The translations under genes were made by a program, and so were the position numbers. From the NCBI GenBank assembly GCA_965204375.1, contig OZ241986.1:1888001-1952000 (forward strand): DNA of 64,000 nucleotides. The letters are read 5' to 3'. Below, piece by piece: positions 1 through 9,871 of this stretch. The stretch is from Candidatus Latescibacterota bacterium (lineage in GTDB: Bacteria > Latescibacterota > UBA2968). Numbering within the stretch: the stretch's first letter is position 1; every line of letters begins with the position of its first letter. The notes under the pieces were generated by a model that saw only the letters and a list, made by a program, of their open reading frames with translations, did not search any database and had not been told where the DNA came from.

Positions 1-1821
1 ACCAACCAGCAACCCTATTATTTATTGGGAATACTCTACTTTGAAGATAAATACTGGGATGCCTTCCATGCCCTGATGCAAGCCCTGCGCGCGCAATATC
101 CAGATGACAAAAACACACTCTTGTTCTGTGGGCTTGCTGCCTATCAGATTGGCGAATTCAATGACTCACATGACTATTATCAACGTGCCCTTGACTTGAT
201 GAGTGTTGAAGAGCGCGAGTTGCTGGACTCTATCGACCTGCTTGTGACCGAAGAAGACCAGGCATCCCGAGATACAACGCAGACGATTGATGCGCTCTTG
301 GAACGCGAGATGTTTTGGAAGCGCCAGGATCCGCTCTATTTGTCTGATTTTAATGAAAGAAAGATGGCGCACTTTGGTCGTATGGCGTATGCGAATTTGC
401 GATTCAGGCGGTTTTCCGATGATGTTGAGGGCTGGCAGACAGACATGGGAAAGACCTATATCAAATTTGGAAGATATAGACGGCGCATGTCAACCTATAA
501 AGCGACATGGGATTCTAAAGAGGTCTTGAATGCTGCAATGATGGAGTTCTGGTATTACGAAAACTTTCGGTTCATATTTTGTGGTACTACGGATGATATC
601 TGGCATTTTTGCGGCGGTGCTGTGGTCGGACGCCCAAGTTGGATTCCTGCAGTAGAAACCAGTGCCTTTGATATCAGATCCGACGGGAGTTTTCCACAAA
701 GATCACCGTCTTCTTATGTACCACCTGCATTGGAAGAGGCCTCGCATCATACCTTCCGAAAAACAGCCCAACGCTTTGTCGATCCATATTTAGAGCGAAA
801 ATATACCTTGCCCTATCAGATCGCCGCCTTTGAAGAACAAAACAGGCTGCGGGTCGAACTCAGCTATATGGTTCCAAAAGACCGATTAAAAGAAAATCCC
901 GAGACGGGCGAAGTGAGTTTTTGGAATGGCGTCTTCTTCTTTGATCAGCAGTGGAATGATATGTATAACGACCGCAAATCCAAAACCCTCACTTTGCCGC
1001 CTCAAAAGTCAGCACAAAACACTGCTGCACAACATCGGAATGATCATCTGTTGATCTCCCGCACAGTATCTGTACGCCAGGACAGCTATCACTTTTCAGT
1101 AGAATTATTGGATCAAACATCGGGTCTCATTGGTGTGGCACGCGATGAGAAACCCTTCGTCTATAACCAGGACTTTCGCCTGAGTGATCTGCTGGTCGGC
1201 AGCGATATTCAAGCGAAAAAAGCATTGCCAGAAAACCGTGACGACCTGCTCATCACACCCAACCCTGTCCGAACATTTTCACAGTCTGAACCGGTCTTTA
1301 TCTATCTGGAACTGTATGGTCTCCAACGCGACGATTTTGGCAGCACACAGTATGAGATATCCTACATTATCGGTAAACCAAAGGCGGATACGCTATCGCC
1401 CACATTGTTTGCATCTCAAAGTCTGATTGAGACAATGGGCAAAACAGAGATTGAGCTGCGGAGTGAACAAACAGATTATACAGTCACTCAAGGGTTGCAG
1501 ACCGGGCGATCAGAGAATAGCGAGGGAGGCATTAGCGCATTTGCCGATAGCCTTATGTGGGGTGAGACAAGGGTTTATACGAGCCGTGGACAGGTCCATC
1601 ACATCGCCGCTGAGGGCTTGAAGATCAAACGATCACGACAAGGCGATTTGACGCGAACAGTGACAGCGAATTACGAAGGCAACTGGGAAGATGATTTCAC
1701 GTATTTGCAGATTGATGTGAACCAGGTGCCTGAAGGGATTTACCAATTGACGGTGCTGGCGAGGGATAATCGGACGGAGCAGACGGATAGGAAATATGTT
1801 TATTTTCGCATTGTTGAGTAA
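1..1821 (+). CDS. GWxTD domain-containing protein with TPR-like N-region (5' truncated by window)
   Basis: Motif 'RMAYANLRF...EGWQTDMGKTYIKFG'; frame is open from position 1; C-terminal beta-rich domain ending 'PEGIYQLTVLARD'. Confidence 0.85.
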   Translation, partial: TNQQPYYLLGILYFEDKYWDAFHALMQALRAQYPDDKNTLLFCGLAAYQIGEFNDSHDYYQRALDLMSVEERELLDSIDLLVTEEDQASRDTTQTIDALLEREMFWKRQDPLYLSDFNERKMAHFGRMAYANLRFRRFSDDVEGWQTDMGKTYIKFGRYRRRMSTYKATWDSKEVLNAAMMEFWYYENFRFIFCGTTDDIWHFCGGAVVGRPSWIPAVETSAFDIRSDGSFPQRSPSSYVPPALEEASHHTFRKTAQRFVDPYLERKYTLPYQIAAFEEQNRLRVELSYMVPKDRLKENPETGEVSFWNGVFFFDQQWNDMYNDRKSKTLTLPPQKSAQNTAAQHRNDHLLISRTVSVRQDSYHFSVELLDQTSGLIGVARDEKPFVYNQDFRLSDLLVGSDIQAKKALPENRDDLLITPNPVRTFSQSEPVFIYLELYGLQRDDFGSTQYEISYIIGKPKADTLSPTLFASQSLIETMGKTEIELRSEQTDYTVTQGLQTGRSENSEGGISAFADSLMWGETRVYTSRGQVHHIAAEGLKIKRSRQGDLTRTVTANYEGNWEDDFTYLQIDVNQVPEGIYQLTVLARDNRTEQTDRKYVYFRIVE

Positions 1822-1855
1822 ATATTGGATCGTACCCGGTATTCCTCCTGGTCAA

Positions 1856-2239
1856 TCAATATCCCGCTCTAAGAAACTCTAAACTTTGAATATGCTGAAA
1901 ATGCCTTTCATTTTTACTAACAAGCGTCAGATCATGCTCAATGGCAGTAGCAGCGATTAGTGCATCCATAATCGTCAATCCATGAGACAAAGTATAGTCT
2001 ATTAAGAGATTGTATCCCTTGATACCAGTGCTTCCGTGTAGCTCCCTGATTGTGTAGTGAGCAATAAAGTCTTCAATCGCAAGCTGATCTCGTTTATCTC
2101 TTGCTCCAACGATAAGTTCTGTCGCAGAAATTCGACTGATAGAAATTGTCCCTGTGAGACCGGCGAGAAAATTAACGGCATTGGTACTCCCTTTGGAAAC
2201 ATCGATCAAGACATCGGTATCAATCAGAAAGTCACTCAT
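1856..2239 (-). CDS. vapC: PIN-domain toxin (VapC family)
   Basis: 'LIDTDVLID...TELIVG...MDALIAATA...LVSKNERHF' PIN motifs; 4-bp overlap with upstream small gene. Confidence 0.9.
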   Translation of the reverse strand: MSDFLIDTDVLIDVSKGSTNAVNFLAGLTGTISISRISATELIVGARDKRDQLAIEDFIAHYTIRELHGSTGIKGYNLLIDYTLSHGLTIMDALIAATAIEHDLTLVSKNERHFQHIQSLEFLRAGY

Positions 2240-2460
2240 TTCTCATACCTGTGCTGATCGCGAAGGTTACGAACATAAGAGATACCATCAGAAATGTCTT
2301 CTCGATCTTTCCAGAGACCAAAAAATGAAGATGATTTCATCGCTTCCACTTTGTCCGCTTCTTGAATATGAACCTCTCCTGTGACCCCTTCATCAATTTC
2401 CCGCAGTGTTTCAAGCGGTATGAAGACGCCATTTTCATATTTTACAGGAATTGATCGCAT
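2236..2460 (-). CDS. Antitoxin, DUF104/AF2212-like
   Basis: 'IPVKYENGVFIPLE' N-terminus and 'FFGLWKDREDI' C-terminus; GGAG RBS; coupled to vapC. Confidence 0.8.
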   Translation of the reverse strand: MRSIPVKYENGVFIPLETLREIDEGVTGEVHIQEADKVEAMKSSSFFGLWKDREDISDGISYVRNLRDQHRYEK

Positions 2461-2516
2461 AATAACACTCCTTTTTTGACTCCCACGGCTATCTAATTTA
2501 CGCCATCCTTGTGATA

Positions 2517-2545
2517 AATTTACTCAGCTTTGAGAAATAGGTCAA
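2517..2545 (-). promoter_or_regulatory. Sigma70-type promoter of the TA operon
   Basis: TTGACC-17 nt-TAAATT on minus strand. Confidence 0.55.
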
Positions 2546-2555
2546 GGGATCGCCT

Positions 2556-3722
2556 TCACTCCACCAACTCTGCGCCATTGACCGCTGAACAAACGTAAAT
2601 TTCAGGCGTCAAACCAGTCGTTTTGGGATACCGCTCATTTATCGCATCTGTCAGTGCTGACACAGCGTCTCGTTCAACGACATTCACAGTACATCCTCCA
2701 AAACCCGCGCCAGTCATCCGCGCACCGATTACCCCGGGCACATTTAGAGCAATTTCTACCAGCAGATCGAGTTCTTCCCCACTCACCTCGTAATCATCTC
2801 GCAAACTCTCGTGGGATGCGACCATCAACTGTCCAAAACCCGACAAATCCCCGTTCTTGAGCAATGTGACCGCTCGCTGCGTGCGTTCATTTTCCGTTAT
2901 CACATGGCGGCACCGCTTCAGAACAGTCTCCGATAGCGCATCACCGTAAACATCCAGCATCTCCATCGACACATCGCGCAGTGCCCTTAAATCTGCCCGC
3001 ATCGCCCGTGCGAGAAGCGAAACCCCACTTTCACACGCAGATCGCCGATCATTATATGCCGAATCCGTCAACCCGCGCGTCACGCCCGAGTTGCAAATCA
3101 CAATCTGCACATCATCGCCAAAAAGCGGGACAAGCTCAAACGAAAGATCGCGGCAATCGAGAAACAGCGCGTGACCTGCCCGGCCATTTGCCGAGATAAA
3201 CTGATCCATGATCCCGCAATTAACACCCACAAAATGATTCTCTGCACGCTGTCCCAAAAGAGCCAGATCAGGCCCGCTTATTTCAACGCTGTTTAACACA
3301 ACGATCCCCTTACCCACCGCCATCTCCACAGCAGCCGAACTGCTCAATCCGGCCCCCATAGGCACATTGCCCACAATCGCCGCATCAAAACCACACAGCG
3401 AATACCCGAGCTTTTGAAACTCGCGCACCACCCCCTTTGGATAATCCGCCCAATTGCCCTGTGCCTCCAGCACATCATCGACCCGGAACTCAGCCACCTC
3501 TTCATGCATCGCCGAGTAAATCCGCACTCGCGAATCTGCTCTCGATCGTGCCGCAACAACCACCCAGCGGTCAATCGCTGAGGGAAACACAAAGCCCGCA
3601 TTGTAATCCGTGTGTTCCCCAATCAAATTCACGCGCCCAGGCGCCTGCACGACGACATCCGCTTGATCCTCAAAAACCGATTCAAAAGCGTCTCGTGCCT
3701 GTGTGATAATAGGATGCAACAT
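2556..3722 (-). CDS. galK: Galactokinase
   Basis: 'APGRVNLIGEHTDYN', 'PMGAGLSSSAA', 'GARMTGAGFGGC' GHMP/GalK motifs. Confidence 0.96.
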   Translation of the reverse strand: MLHPIITQARDAFESVFEDQADVVVQAPGRVNLIGEHTDYNAGFVFPSAIDRWVVVAARSRADSRVRIYSAMHEEVAEFRVDDVLEAQGNWADYPKGVVREFQKLGYSLCGFDAAIVGNVPMGAGLSSSAAVEMAVGKGIVVLNSVEISGPDLALLGQRAENHFVGVNCGIMDQFISANGRAGHALFLDCRDLSFELVPLFGDDVQIVICNSGVTRGLTDSAYNDRRSACESGVSLLARAMRADLRALRDVSMEMLDVYGDALSETVLKRCRHVITENERTQRAVTLLKNGDLSGFGQLMVASHESLRDDYEVSGEELDLLVEIALNVPGVIGARMTGAGFGGCTVNVVERDAVSALTDAINERYPKTTGLTPEIYVCSAVNGAELVE

Positions 3723-3727
3723 TGAAA

Positions 3728-5884
3728 TTATCCCTTCTCAACTTTTCGCATCGCCCACCGGATCTCCTCTGCCGTCATATCCGGATCAGAGGGATTGATG
3801 AGATTGCCAAAAATATCTGCCCCCACCACATGCTTCCGCAAACCAGGTCCTCGCAAAAGCGACGTAATGTGAATTTGCATGTGATAACCGTGGTCCACGC
3901 CATCTGTCGGTGCTTGCATCAATGCCAGAGTGTAGTGATACGGCGCGGCAAACAAACCGTCTAACCCGCCGAGAACATCGCACAATCCCGCAGCCAGATC
4001 GCGCCGCTCTTCCCCATCCAAATCCAGCAAACTCGCAGCGTGTGCCTTCGGCACAATGATCACATCATAAGGGAATTGTGCGGCAAACGGAACATAAGCC
4101 AGCACATGAGGACGATCAATGAGAATTCGCCGTCCATCTTCTACTTCGACGCGATTCGCGTCGCACACAAAACAGTGCCCCGTTTTCTCGCGATGGGATT
4201 CAAACATAGCCAATTGCGGTTTCACTATCAAATCGGGAATCTCGCAATACGCATAAACCTGTCCATGCGGATGCGGTTGAGAATTGCCCATCACCGTGCC
4301 CGAATTCTCAAAAATTAGCGGATACACAATTTCTGGCACCTTCCCCAACCGGTCGTAAATCTCTGCCCATGCGTCAACCACCTGAACGAGCGCATCCAGG
4401 GACAGCGTTGACAAACGTTGGGCGTGATTGGGCGTATAGACCACAACCTCGCACACACCTCGAGAGGTGCGCGAGAGATATGGACCCAATTGCGCCTGCG
4501 TTTGATAGGCATCCAATACCAACGTAGAAAAATCATTCTCAAATGTCCACACCCCTTTGTATTTTGGGTTCACATCGCCCATTGCGCGCGTATTCCCAGG
4601 ACAGAGATAGCATTCGGGGTCATAAGCCATCTCATCCGAACCCTCCATGAGCTGCGTTTCTCCGCGCCAGGGCCTGTCTGCGCGATGGGCAGCGATATTG
4701 ACCCACCGATTCCAAAAAGGATTGAACCGCTCTTCCTGCACAACTCGATAGCCATGCGGATGGAGCCGATGCCAGTGCCAGGCGGATTCCAGTATCTCAT
4801 GTAGTGTTTCCCTCGTAGCCCACCCCATATCGCGCTGAATGCGACTCGCATCGGCAATAAGCGTTGCGGGATCGCCACTTCGCCGCGGTCCAATCGCTTC
4901 GGGAATCTCATGACCGGTTACTTCGCGCGCGGCTTCCAAAATCTCCCGCACACTCACGCCCTGTCCCCTGCCGAGATTGTACGTCGCAGACCGACCCCCT
5001 GCCAACAACATGTCCAGGCTCTTAATATGTGCATCGGCCAATTCCACCACAGAAATATAATCTCGTACAGCCGTGCCATCGGGGGTTGCATAATCATCGC
5101 CAAATACAGTCATCTTCTCGCGCTGCCCCAAAGCCACTTGCAAAACAAGGGGGATCAAATGCGTCTCGGGATCGTGATCTTCGCCGATCAACCGCGAAGA
5201 ATCGGCACCTGCGGCATTAAAATAGCGGAGAACAACATATCGCCCCCCTGTCTGCAACTCGACATGGCGTAACATGCATTCATCCATCATTTTCGTGATG
5301 CCATAGACATTCGTGGGAATTTTTAGCAGATCAATATCTTCTTCGGAGAGTTTGAAAGCGATGTGTTTTTCATACCACCTCAAAAGGGTCTCAAAATCCA
5401 CCGCAGCGGGCATCAACTGGCTTTTCTCAAAGCCGCCATCCGCGATACATTTCCGCTGGTAATTTTCCTTCAGCGGAATATATTCTGCGCGGGGTTCGCC
5501 ATACGTCGCCGCCGTAGATGATTTCACGATGGGAACGCCCTTGCCCACATCCAACAAATTCCGAAAAGCAATCACATTATTCTCAAAATACCTGTACGGC
5601 TCATCCTGGGATTCTCCCACCAGCGTCCTGGCGGCAAAATCGATAATGCCACAAAAATTGTGTCTCTCAAAAACAGAGACCAGAGCACGACTATCGAGCA
5701 AATTGATATGCTCGAAACAAAATTGATCTGGCCCATACACCCTTTCAAACAAGGTGACAACTTCCCTATGTCCTGTTGACAGGTCATCCAGCACCACAAC
5801 CCGGCGATGATCTTCCAACAGGCCCCGAACCGCGTGACTGCCAACATACCCCGCTCCCCCCGTCACCAAAACAGCATCCATCAT
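3728..5884 (-). CDS. galE-galT: Fused UDP-glucose 4-epimerase (GalE) / galactose-1-phosphate uridylyltransferase (GalT)
   Basis: N-half: GGAGYVGS, YGITK, LRYFNAAGA, RDYISV, RRSGDP; C-half: HRADRPWRG, CYLCPGN, FEND, GNSQPHPHGQ; one uninterrupted 718-aa ORF. Confidence 0.9.
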   Translation of the reverse strand: MMDAVLVTGGAGYVGSHAVRGLLEDHRRVVVLDDLSTGHREVVTLFERVYGPDQFCFEHINLLDSRALVSVFERHNFCGIIDFAARTLVGESQDEPYRYFENNVIAFRNLLDVGKGVPIVKSSTAATYGEPRAEYIPLKENYQRKCIADGGFEKSQLMPAAVDFETLLRWYEKHIAFKLSEEDIDLLKIPTNVYGITKMMDECMLRHVELQTGGRYVVLRYFNAAGADSSRLIGEDHDPETHLIPLVLQVALGQREKMTVFGDDYATPDGTAVRDYISVVELADAHIKSLDMLLAGGRSATYNLGRGQGVSVREILEAAREVTGHEIPEAIGPRRSGDPATLIADASRIQRDMGWATRETLHEILESAWHWHRLHPHGYRVVQEERFNPFWNRWVNIAAHRADRPWRGETQLMEGSDEMAYDPECYLCPGNTRAMGDVNPKYKGVWTFENDFSTLVLDAYQTQAQLGPYLSRTSRGVCEVVVYTPNHAQRLSTLSLDALVQVVDAWAEIYDRLGKVPEIVYPLIFENSGTVMGNSQPHPHGQVYAYCEIPDLIVKPQLAMFESHREKTGHCFVCDANRVEVEDGRRILIDRPHVLAYVPFAAQFPYDVIIVPKAHAASLLDLDGEERRDLAAGLCDVLGGLDGLFAAPYHYTLALMQAPTDGVDHGYHMQIHITSLLRGPGLRKHVVGADIFGNLINPSDPDMTAEEIRWAMRKVEKG

Positions 5885-6036
5885 ACCTGCTCCTCTACAG
5901 AATGGTGTACAACGGGCTGTTTCCCAAGCCCGTTCATCTGAGAAAACATCACTTTGTACAATTCAATATACACATTGAACAAGCAGAGATTGAACTATTT
6001 TCAAAACGCGATATATACCTCGCATTTGTTTTGAAC

Positions 6037-6065
6037 TTGACATCTCGCTATAAAGGTCTTATTTT
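6037..6065 (+). promoter_or_regulatory. Sigma70-type promoter of greA
   Basis: TTGACA-17 nt-TATTTT. Confidence 0.65.
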
Positions 6066-6120
6066 TTTACATATAGACAACACACAGCTCTTTAACGTGT
6101 TATACCGTGTGTAAAAAAAG

Positions 6121-6161
6121 TCTATCTCGAAATCCACTATTGGATTCCGAGATAGATTTTT
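6121..6161 (+). terminator. Intrinsic terminator/attenuator in greA leader
   Basis: 16-bp stem with one mismatch (tctatctcgaaatcca/tggattccgagataga), 4-nt loop, T-tract, 20 nt before the greA ATG. Confidence 0.7.
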
Positions 6162-6180
6162 CATTTCATGGGATATTATT

Positions 6181-6654
6181 ATGAATCGCGTTTATCTGAC
6201 TAAAAATGGGTATGAGAAAATTCGAACTGAGTTGATCCGGCTGCAAACCAAAGAGCGACCAACTGTCATTGCAGCGATTAAAAAAGCGCGCGAGTTTGGC
6301 GACCTGAGCGAAAACGCCGAATACCATGCAGCCAAAGAGCGGCAGGCATTTCTCGAAAAGAAAATTGCCGAATTGCAAGAAAAACTCACGAACTCGGAAA
6401 TTATCGACGAAAGCCAAATCCCCAAAGACAAAGCCTATCTGGGCGCGACGGTCAAATTGCAAGATAAAAAAAACGGCAGAGAAATGCAGTACACACTGGT
6501 CACCGTGGATGAAGCTGATTTTGACCAGAATAAAATATCGACTGCATCTCCCATTGGCAAAGCTTTGTTGGGCAAACGCGTTGGCGAGGTCGTCGATGTT
6601 CAAGTGCCCGTCGGCATACTCACTTATGAGATTCTCGATATCTCAAGAGACTGA
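6181..6654 (+). CDS. greA: Transcription elongation factor GreA
   Basis: 'AREFGDLSENAEYHAAKE', 'ISTASPIGKALLG'. Confidence 0.97.
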   Translation: MNRVYLTKNGYEKIRTELIRLQTKERPTVIAAIKKAREFGDLSENAEYHAAKERQAFLEKKIAELQEKLTNSEIIDESQIPKDKAYLGATVKLQDKKNGREMQYTLVTVDEADFDQNKISTASPIGKALLGKRVGEVVDVQVPVGILTYEILDISRD

Positions 6655-6670
6655 ATTTTTCATACAAACC

Positions 6671-6702
6671 AAAAGGCGACATTATCAGTGTCGCCTTTTT
6701 TT
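6671..6702 (+). terminator. Intrinsic terminator of greA
   Basis: aaaaggcgaca-loop-tgtcgcctttt followed by T-run. Confidence 0.85.
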
Positions 6703-6706
6703 ATTT

Positions 6707-6744
6707 AAAAAAAGGGCAAAGCGACATCCGCCGCTTTGCCCTTT
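6707..6744 (-). terminator. Intrinsic terminator of the alpha operon (after rplQ)
   Basis: aaagggcaaagcg-loop-cgctttgcccttt, T-run on minus strand. Confidence 0.85.
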
Positions 6745-6762
6745 AAACAATGCATAGAAAGA

Positions 6763-7209
6763 TCAAGCGTCTTTTTTGTTTTCCTCTACAACTTCCTCTT
6801 CTTCCGCAGAAGCATCAGACTCGGTTTCCTCAACATCGGATTCGGTTATTGCGTCATCGGACACCAGCTCAATCAAACACAATTCACTGCTATCACCTCG
6901 CCTGGGACCCAGCTTGAGAATACGCGTATATCCGCCACCTCGGTCGGCAAATGAGGGACCAATTTCTTCAAATAACTTTGTGAGTACCACCTTATTCTGA
7001 ATACGCCGCAAAACTTGACGCCGCGCATGCAAGTCGCCGCGCTTGGCAAAAGAGATCAATCGTTCGGCGACACCGCGCAATTCTTTCGCCTTTGGCACTG
7101 TAGTCCGCACCTTGCCGTTGGTAAATAGAGATGTGGCCATATTGTTGAGCATGGCTTTTCTGTGGCTCGCCGTGCGACCCAGCTTTCTGCCCCTTTTCCC
7201 GTGCCTCAT
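6763..7209 (-). CDS. rplQ: 50S ribosomal protein L17
   Basis: 'MRHGKRGRKLGRTASHRKAML', 'RGGGYTRILK'. Confidence 0.98.
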   Translation of the reverse strand: MRHGKRGRKLGRTASHRKAMLNNMATSLFTNGKVRTTVPKAKELRGVAERLISFAKRGDLHARRQVLRRIQNKVVLTKLFEEIGPSFADRGGGYTRILKLGPRRGDSSELCLIELVSDDAITESDVEETESDASAEEEEVVEENKKDA

Positions 7210-7220
7210 TGGTTTCCTCG

Positions 7221-8234
7221 TTAAAAATCTTCGTCCAAATGGATGGGATCAGATTTGGCAGCGACGTCTTGATATTTGCTCACATCAATGCCAAATGCGA
7301 TACCCAAATTTTCGAGAATAGCTGTCAATTCATTGAGCGATTTGCGGCCAAAATTGCGGAATTTGAGCATTTCGTTTTCCGTTTTTTGAACGAGATCTTC
7401 AAGTGTTATAATATTGGCAGCCTTTAAGCAATTTGCCGACCGCACCGACAATTCCAGCTCATCTACAGGCATCTTGAGCAGCGTTGCAATGCGGCGCGTT
7501 TCCTCATCGACAACTTCTTCCAATTCTTCTTCTGGCTCTTCTTCAAAGTTGATAAACAACTCGAGATGATTTTTTAATATTCTCGCAGCATGAGCCACCG
7601 CATCGTCGGGTCGCACAGCGCTGTTTGTCCAAACAGCCAGTGAAAGTTTATCGTAATCGGTCTGTTGCCCCACACGCGCATTATCGATTTCATAATGCAC
7701 TTTTCGGATTGGGGAAAAAGCAGCATCCAGCACAATGGTCCCCATGGGCTGGTCTGCCTGTTTGTTTGCTTCTGCCAGCACATAGCCCCGGCCTTTTCCA
7801 ACGGTGACTTCCATGTCGAGCACACCGTCTTTGTCGAGTGTTGCAATATGCAAATCGGGATTCATGACTTCGACATCGGCATCGACTTGCAAATCGCCAG
7901 CCTTGAGTTCTCCCGGTTCTTCTTTTTTGAAATATAGCAATTTGTCTGCATCTGTATGCATGCGCAGACAAATTTCCTTGAGATTTAGAACGATTTCCGT
8001 CACATCTTCCACGACGCCCTCAATCACGGTAAACTCGTGCTGAATGCCTTCAATTTTCACGGCCTTAACAGCAGCTCCTTCAATGGAAGAAAGCAAGACA
8101 CGGCGCAGTGCATTCCCAATCGTAGCACCAAACCCGCGCTCAAGAGGCTGAACACTAAACAGGCCATAATTATCACTCAGACTTTCTTCATCGATCTGTA
8201 CACCTCGAGGCATTTGAAAATTTTTCTCATTCAT
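7221..8234 (-). CDS. rpoA: RNA polymerase alpha subunit
   Basis: 'PLERGFGATIGNALRRVLLSS', 'LELSVRSANCL'; start trimmed to ATG 8234. Confidence 0.98.
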   Translation of the reverse strand: MNEKNFQMPRGVQIDEESLSDNYGLFSVQPLERGFGATIGNALRRVLLSSIEGAAVKAVKIEGIQHEFTVIEGVVEDVTEIVLNLKEICLRMHTDADKLLYFKKEEPGELKAGDLQVDADVEVMNPDLHIATLDKDGVLDMEVTVGKGRGYVLAEANKQADQPMGTIVLDAAFSPIRKVHYEIDNARVGQQTDYDKLSLAVWTNSAVRPDDAVAHAARILKNHLELFINFEEEPEEELEEVVDEETRRIATLLKMPVDELELSVRSANCLKAANIITLEDLVQKTENEMLKFRNFGRKSLNELTAILENLGIAFGIDVSKYQDVAAKSDPIHLDEDF

Positions 8235-8262
8235 AAACAAAAGCTCCCCTGCTGCGCGTCTA

Positions 8263-8892
8263 TTACTTGGAGTAGAGTTCAACGATGAGCTGCTCTTCAA
8301 CAGGCGTTGGTATATCATCTCGCTTTGGATATTCTACAAGCGTACCGCTCAAATTCACTTTATCTACCGAAAACCAGGCCGATTGACCTGCATCACCAGT
8401 GCGCGTGAGTGCATCGTGAATGAGTTGCATCTGGCGACTTTTTTCTCGTACCTGCACAGTATCTCCCGGCGAAACCTGAAATGAAGGAATATCTACGGTT
8501 CGTCCATTGACAGCAATGTGGCGATGTCTCACGAGTTGTCGCGCTGATTTTCGAGATGGCGCAAAACCCAGACGATATATCATGTTGTCCAGACGACATT
8601 CGAGCATCTGCAAAAGCAACTCACCCGTCACACCCTTTCTGCGAGCGGCTTTTGAATAATACGTACGAAACTGATTTTCCAGTACGCCGTAGATACGCTT
8701 TGTTTTTTGTTTTTCACGAAGCTGAAGTGCGTATTCCGACGGCTTTCGACGCATGTTTTGTCCATGCATGCCGGGCGCATAACTTCGTCGGTCAAATGAA
8801 CATTTGTCCATGTGACATCGCGCACCTTTGAGAAACAACTTCATGCCTTCGCGGCGACACAGTTTACAACTTGGGCCAGTGTATCTCGCCAT
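8263..8892 (-). CDS. rpsD: 30S ribosomal protein S4 (zinc-finger type)
   Basis: 'MARYTGPSCKLCRREG', 'QLREKQK', 'LIVELYSK'. Confidence 0.98.
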   Translation of the reverse strand: MARYTGPSCKLCRREGMKLFLKGARCHMDKCSFDRRSYAPGMHGQNMRRKPSEYALQLREKQKTKRIYGVLENQFRTYYSKAARRKGVTGELLLQMLECRLDNMIYRLGFAPSRKSARQLVRHRHIAVNGRTVDIPSFQVSPGDTVQVREKSRQMQLIHDALTRTGDAGQSAWFSVDKVNLSGTLVEYPKRDDIPTPVEEQLIVELYSK

Positions 8893-8916
8893 TCAATATC
8901 TCCCTGTTTTCTTATG

Positions 8917-9300
8917 TTAAACGCGGCGTCGCTTAGGAGGGCGGCACCCATTGTGTGGAATTGGGGTAACATCTTTGATCGCTGAAATTTCCAATCCAGC
9001 TCCCTGCAGCGACCGCACGGCGGCTTCTCGCCCAACGCCAGGTCCTTTGACCCAGACTTCCACCCGGCGCAAACCCATTGCCATGGCTTCTCGCGCCGCA
9101 TCAGTGGCAGCCAACTGAGCGGCATAGGGCGTACTTTTTCTCGACCCCTTAAACCCGACTTTCCCCGTTGATGACCAGGAAATAACTCTACCTTCACGAT
9201 CACTTAGAGTGACAATAGTATTGTTAAAACTGGCATTGACATGTGCGACGCCATGAGCTTCAACGCGTCTATTCCGTCGTCTTCCTCTTCTGACCGCCAA
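8917..9300 (-). CDS. rpsK: 30S ribosomal protein S11
   Basis: '[14 protein letters not shown]', '[18 protein letters not shown]'. Confidence 0.98.
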   Translation of the reverse strand: MAVRRGRRRNRRVEAHGVAHVNASFNNTIVTLSDREGRVISWSSTGKVGFKGSRKSTPYAAQLAATDAAREAMAMGLRRVEVWVKGPGVGREAAVRSLQGAGLEISAIKDVTPIPHNGCRPPKRRRV

Positions 9301-9331
9301 ACGACTCCTCCTTTGATTGTCCTGCGTTTAG

Positions 9332-9706
9332 CTATACCGTTCGTCTGCGACTGCCAATACCGGGTTTCTTTCCCTTGCGCGTCCTGGCATTGGTGCGCGT
9401 TCGCTGACCTCTCACCGGCAAACCGCGACGCCATCGCAAACCGCGATAGCATCCAATATCCATCAATCGCTTGATGTTCATTGCAACTTCGCTTCGCAGG
9501 TTTCCTTCAACCTTGTAATCGCCTTCGACAACTGAGCGCAATTTGGTGACTTCCTCGTCAGTCAAAGCATCTACGCGCGTATCAGGCGAAATCTGCGTCT
9601 GTGTCAAAATTTTTTGTGACGTGCTCAAACCAATACCCAAAATATATGTCAACGCAACTTCCACGCGCTTTTCTCTTGGAATATCTACACCTGCAATTCG
9701 GGCCAT
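9332..9706 (-). CDS. rpsM: 30S ribosomal protein S13
   Basis: '[10 protein letters not shown]', '[18 protein letters not shown]'. Confidence 0.98.
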   Translation of the reverse strand: MARIAGVDIPREKRVEVALTYILGIGLSTSQKILTQTQISPDTRVDALTDEEVTKLRSVVEGDYKVEGNLRSEVAMNIKRLMDIGCYRGLRWRRGLPVRGQRTRTNARTRKGKKPGIGSRRRTV

Positions 9707-9727
9707 GCGATTGCGCCTCCTATAAGG

Positions 9728-9844
9728 TTATCCCTGTCGCTGTTTGTGTCGAGGGTTGACTTTGCAAATCACGCGCACGACACCGCGGCGGCGAATGATC
9801 TTGCAGTGATTGCAACGACGGCGAACAGATGATTGGACTTTCAT
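9728..9844 (-). CDS. rpmJ: 50S ribosomal protein L36 (not in ORF track)
   Basis: Manual translation [38 protein letters not shown]; GGAG RBS. Confidence 0.97.
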   Translation of the reverse strand: MKVQSSVRRRCNHCKIIRRRGVVRVICKVNPRHKQRQG

Positions 9845-9871
9845 AAATAAATCTCCAGCATTTTGGGTAAA

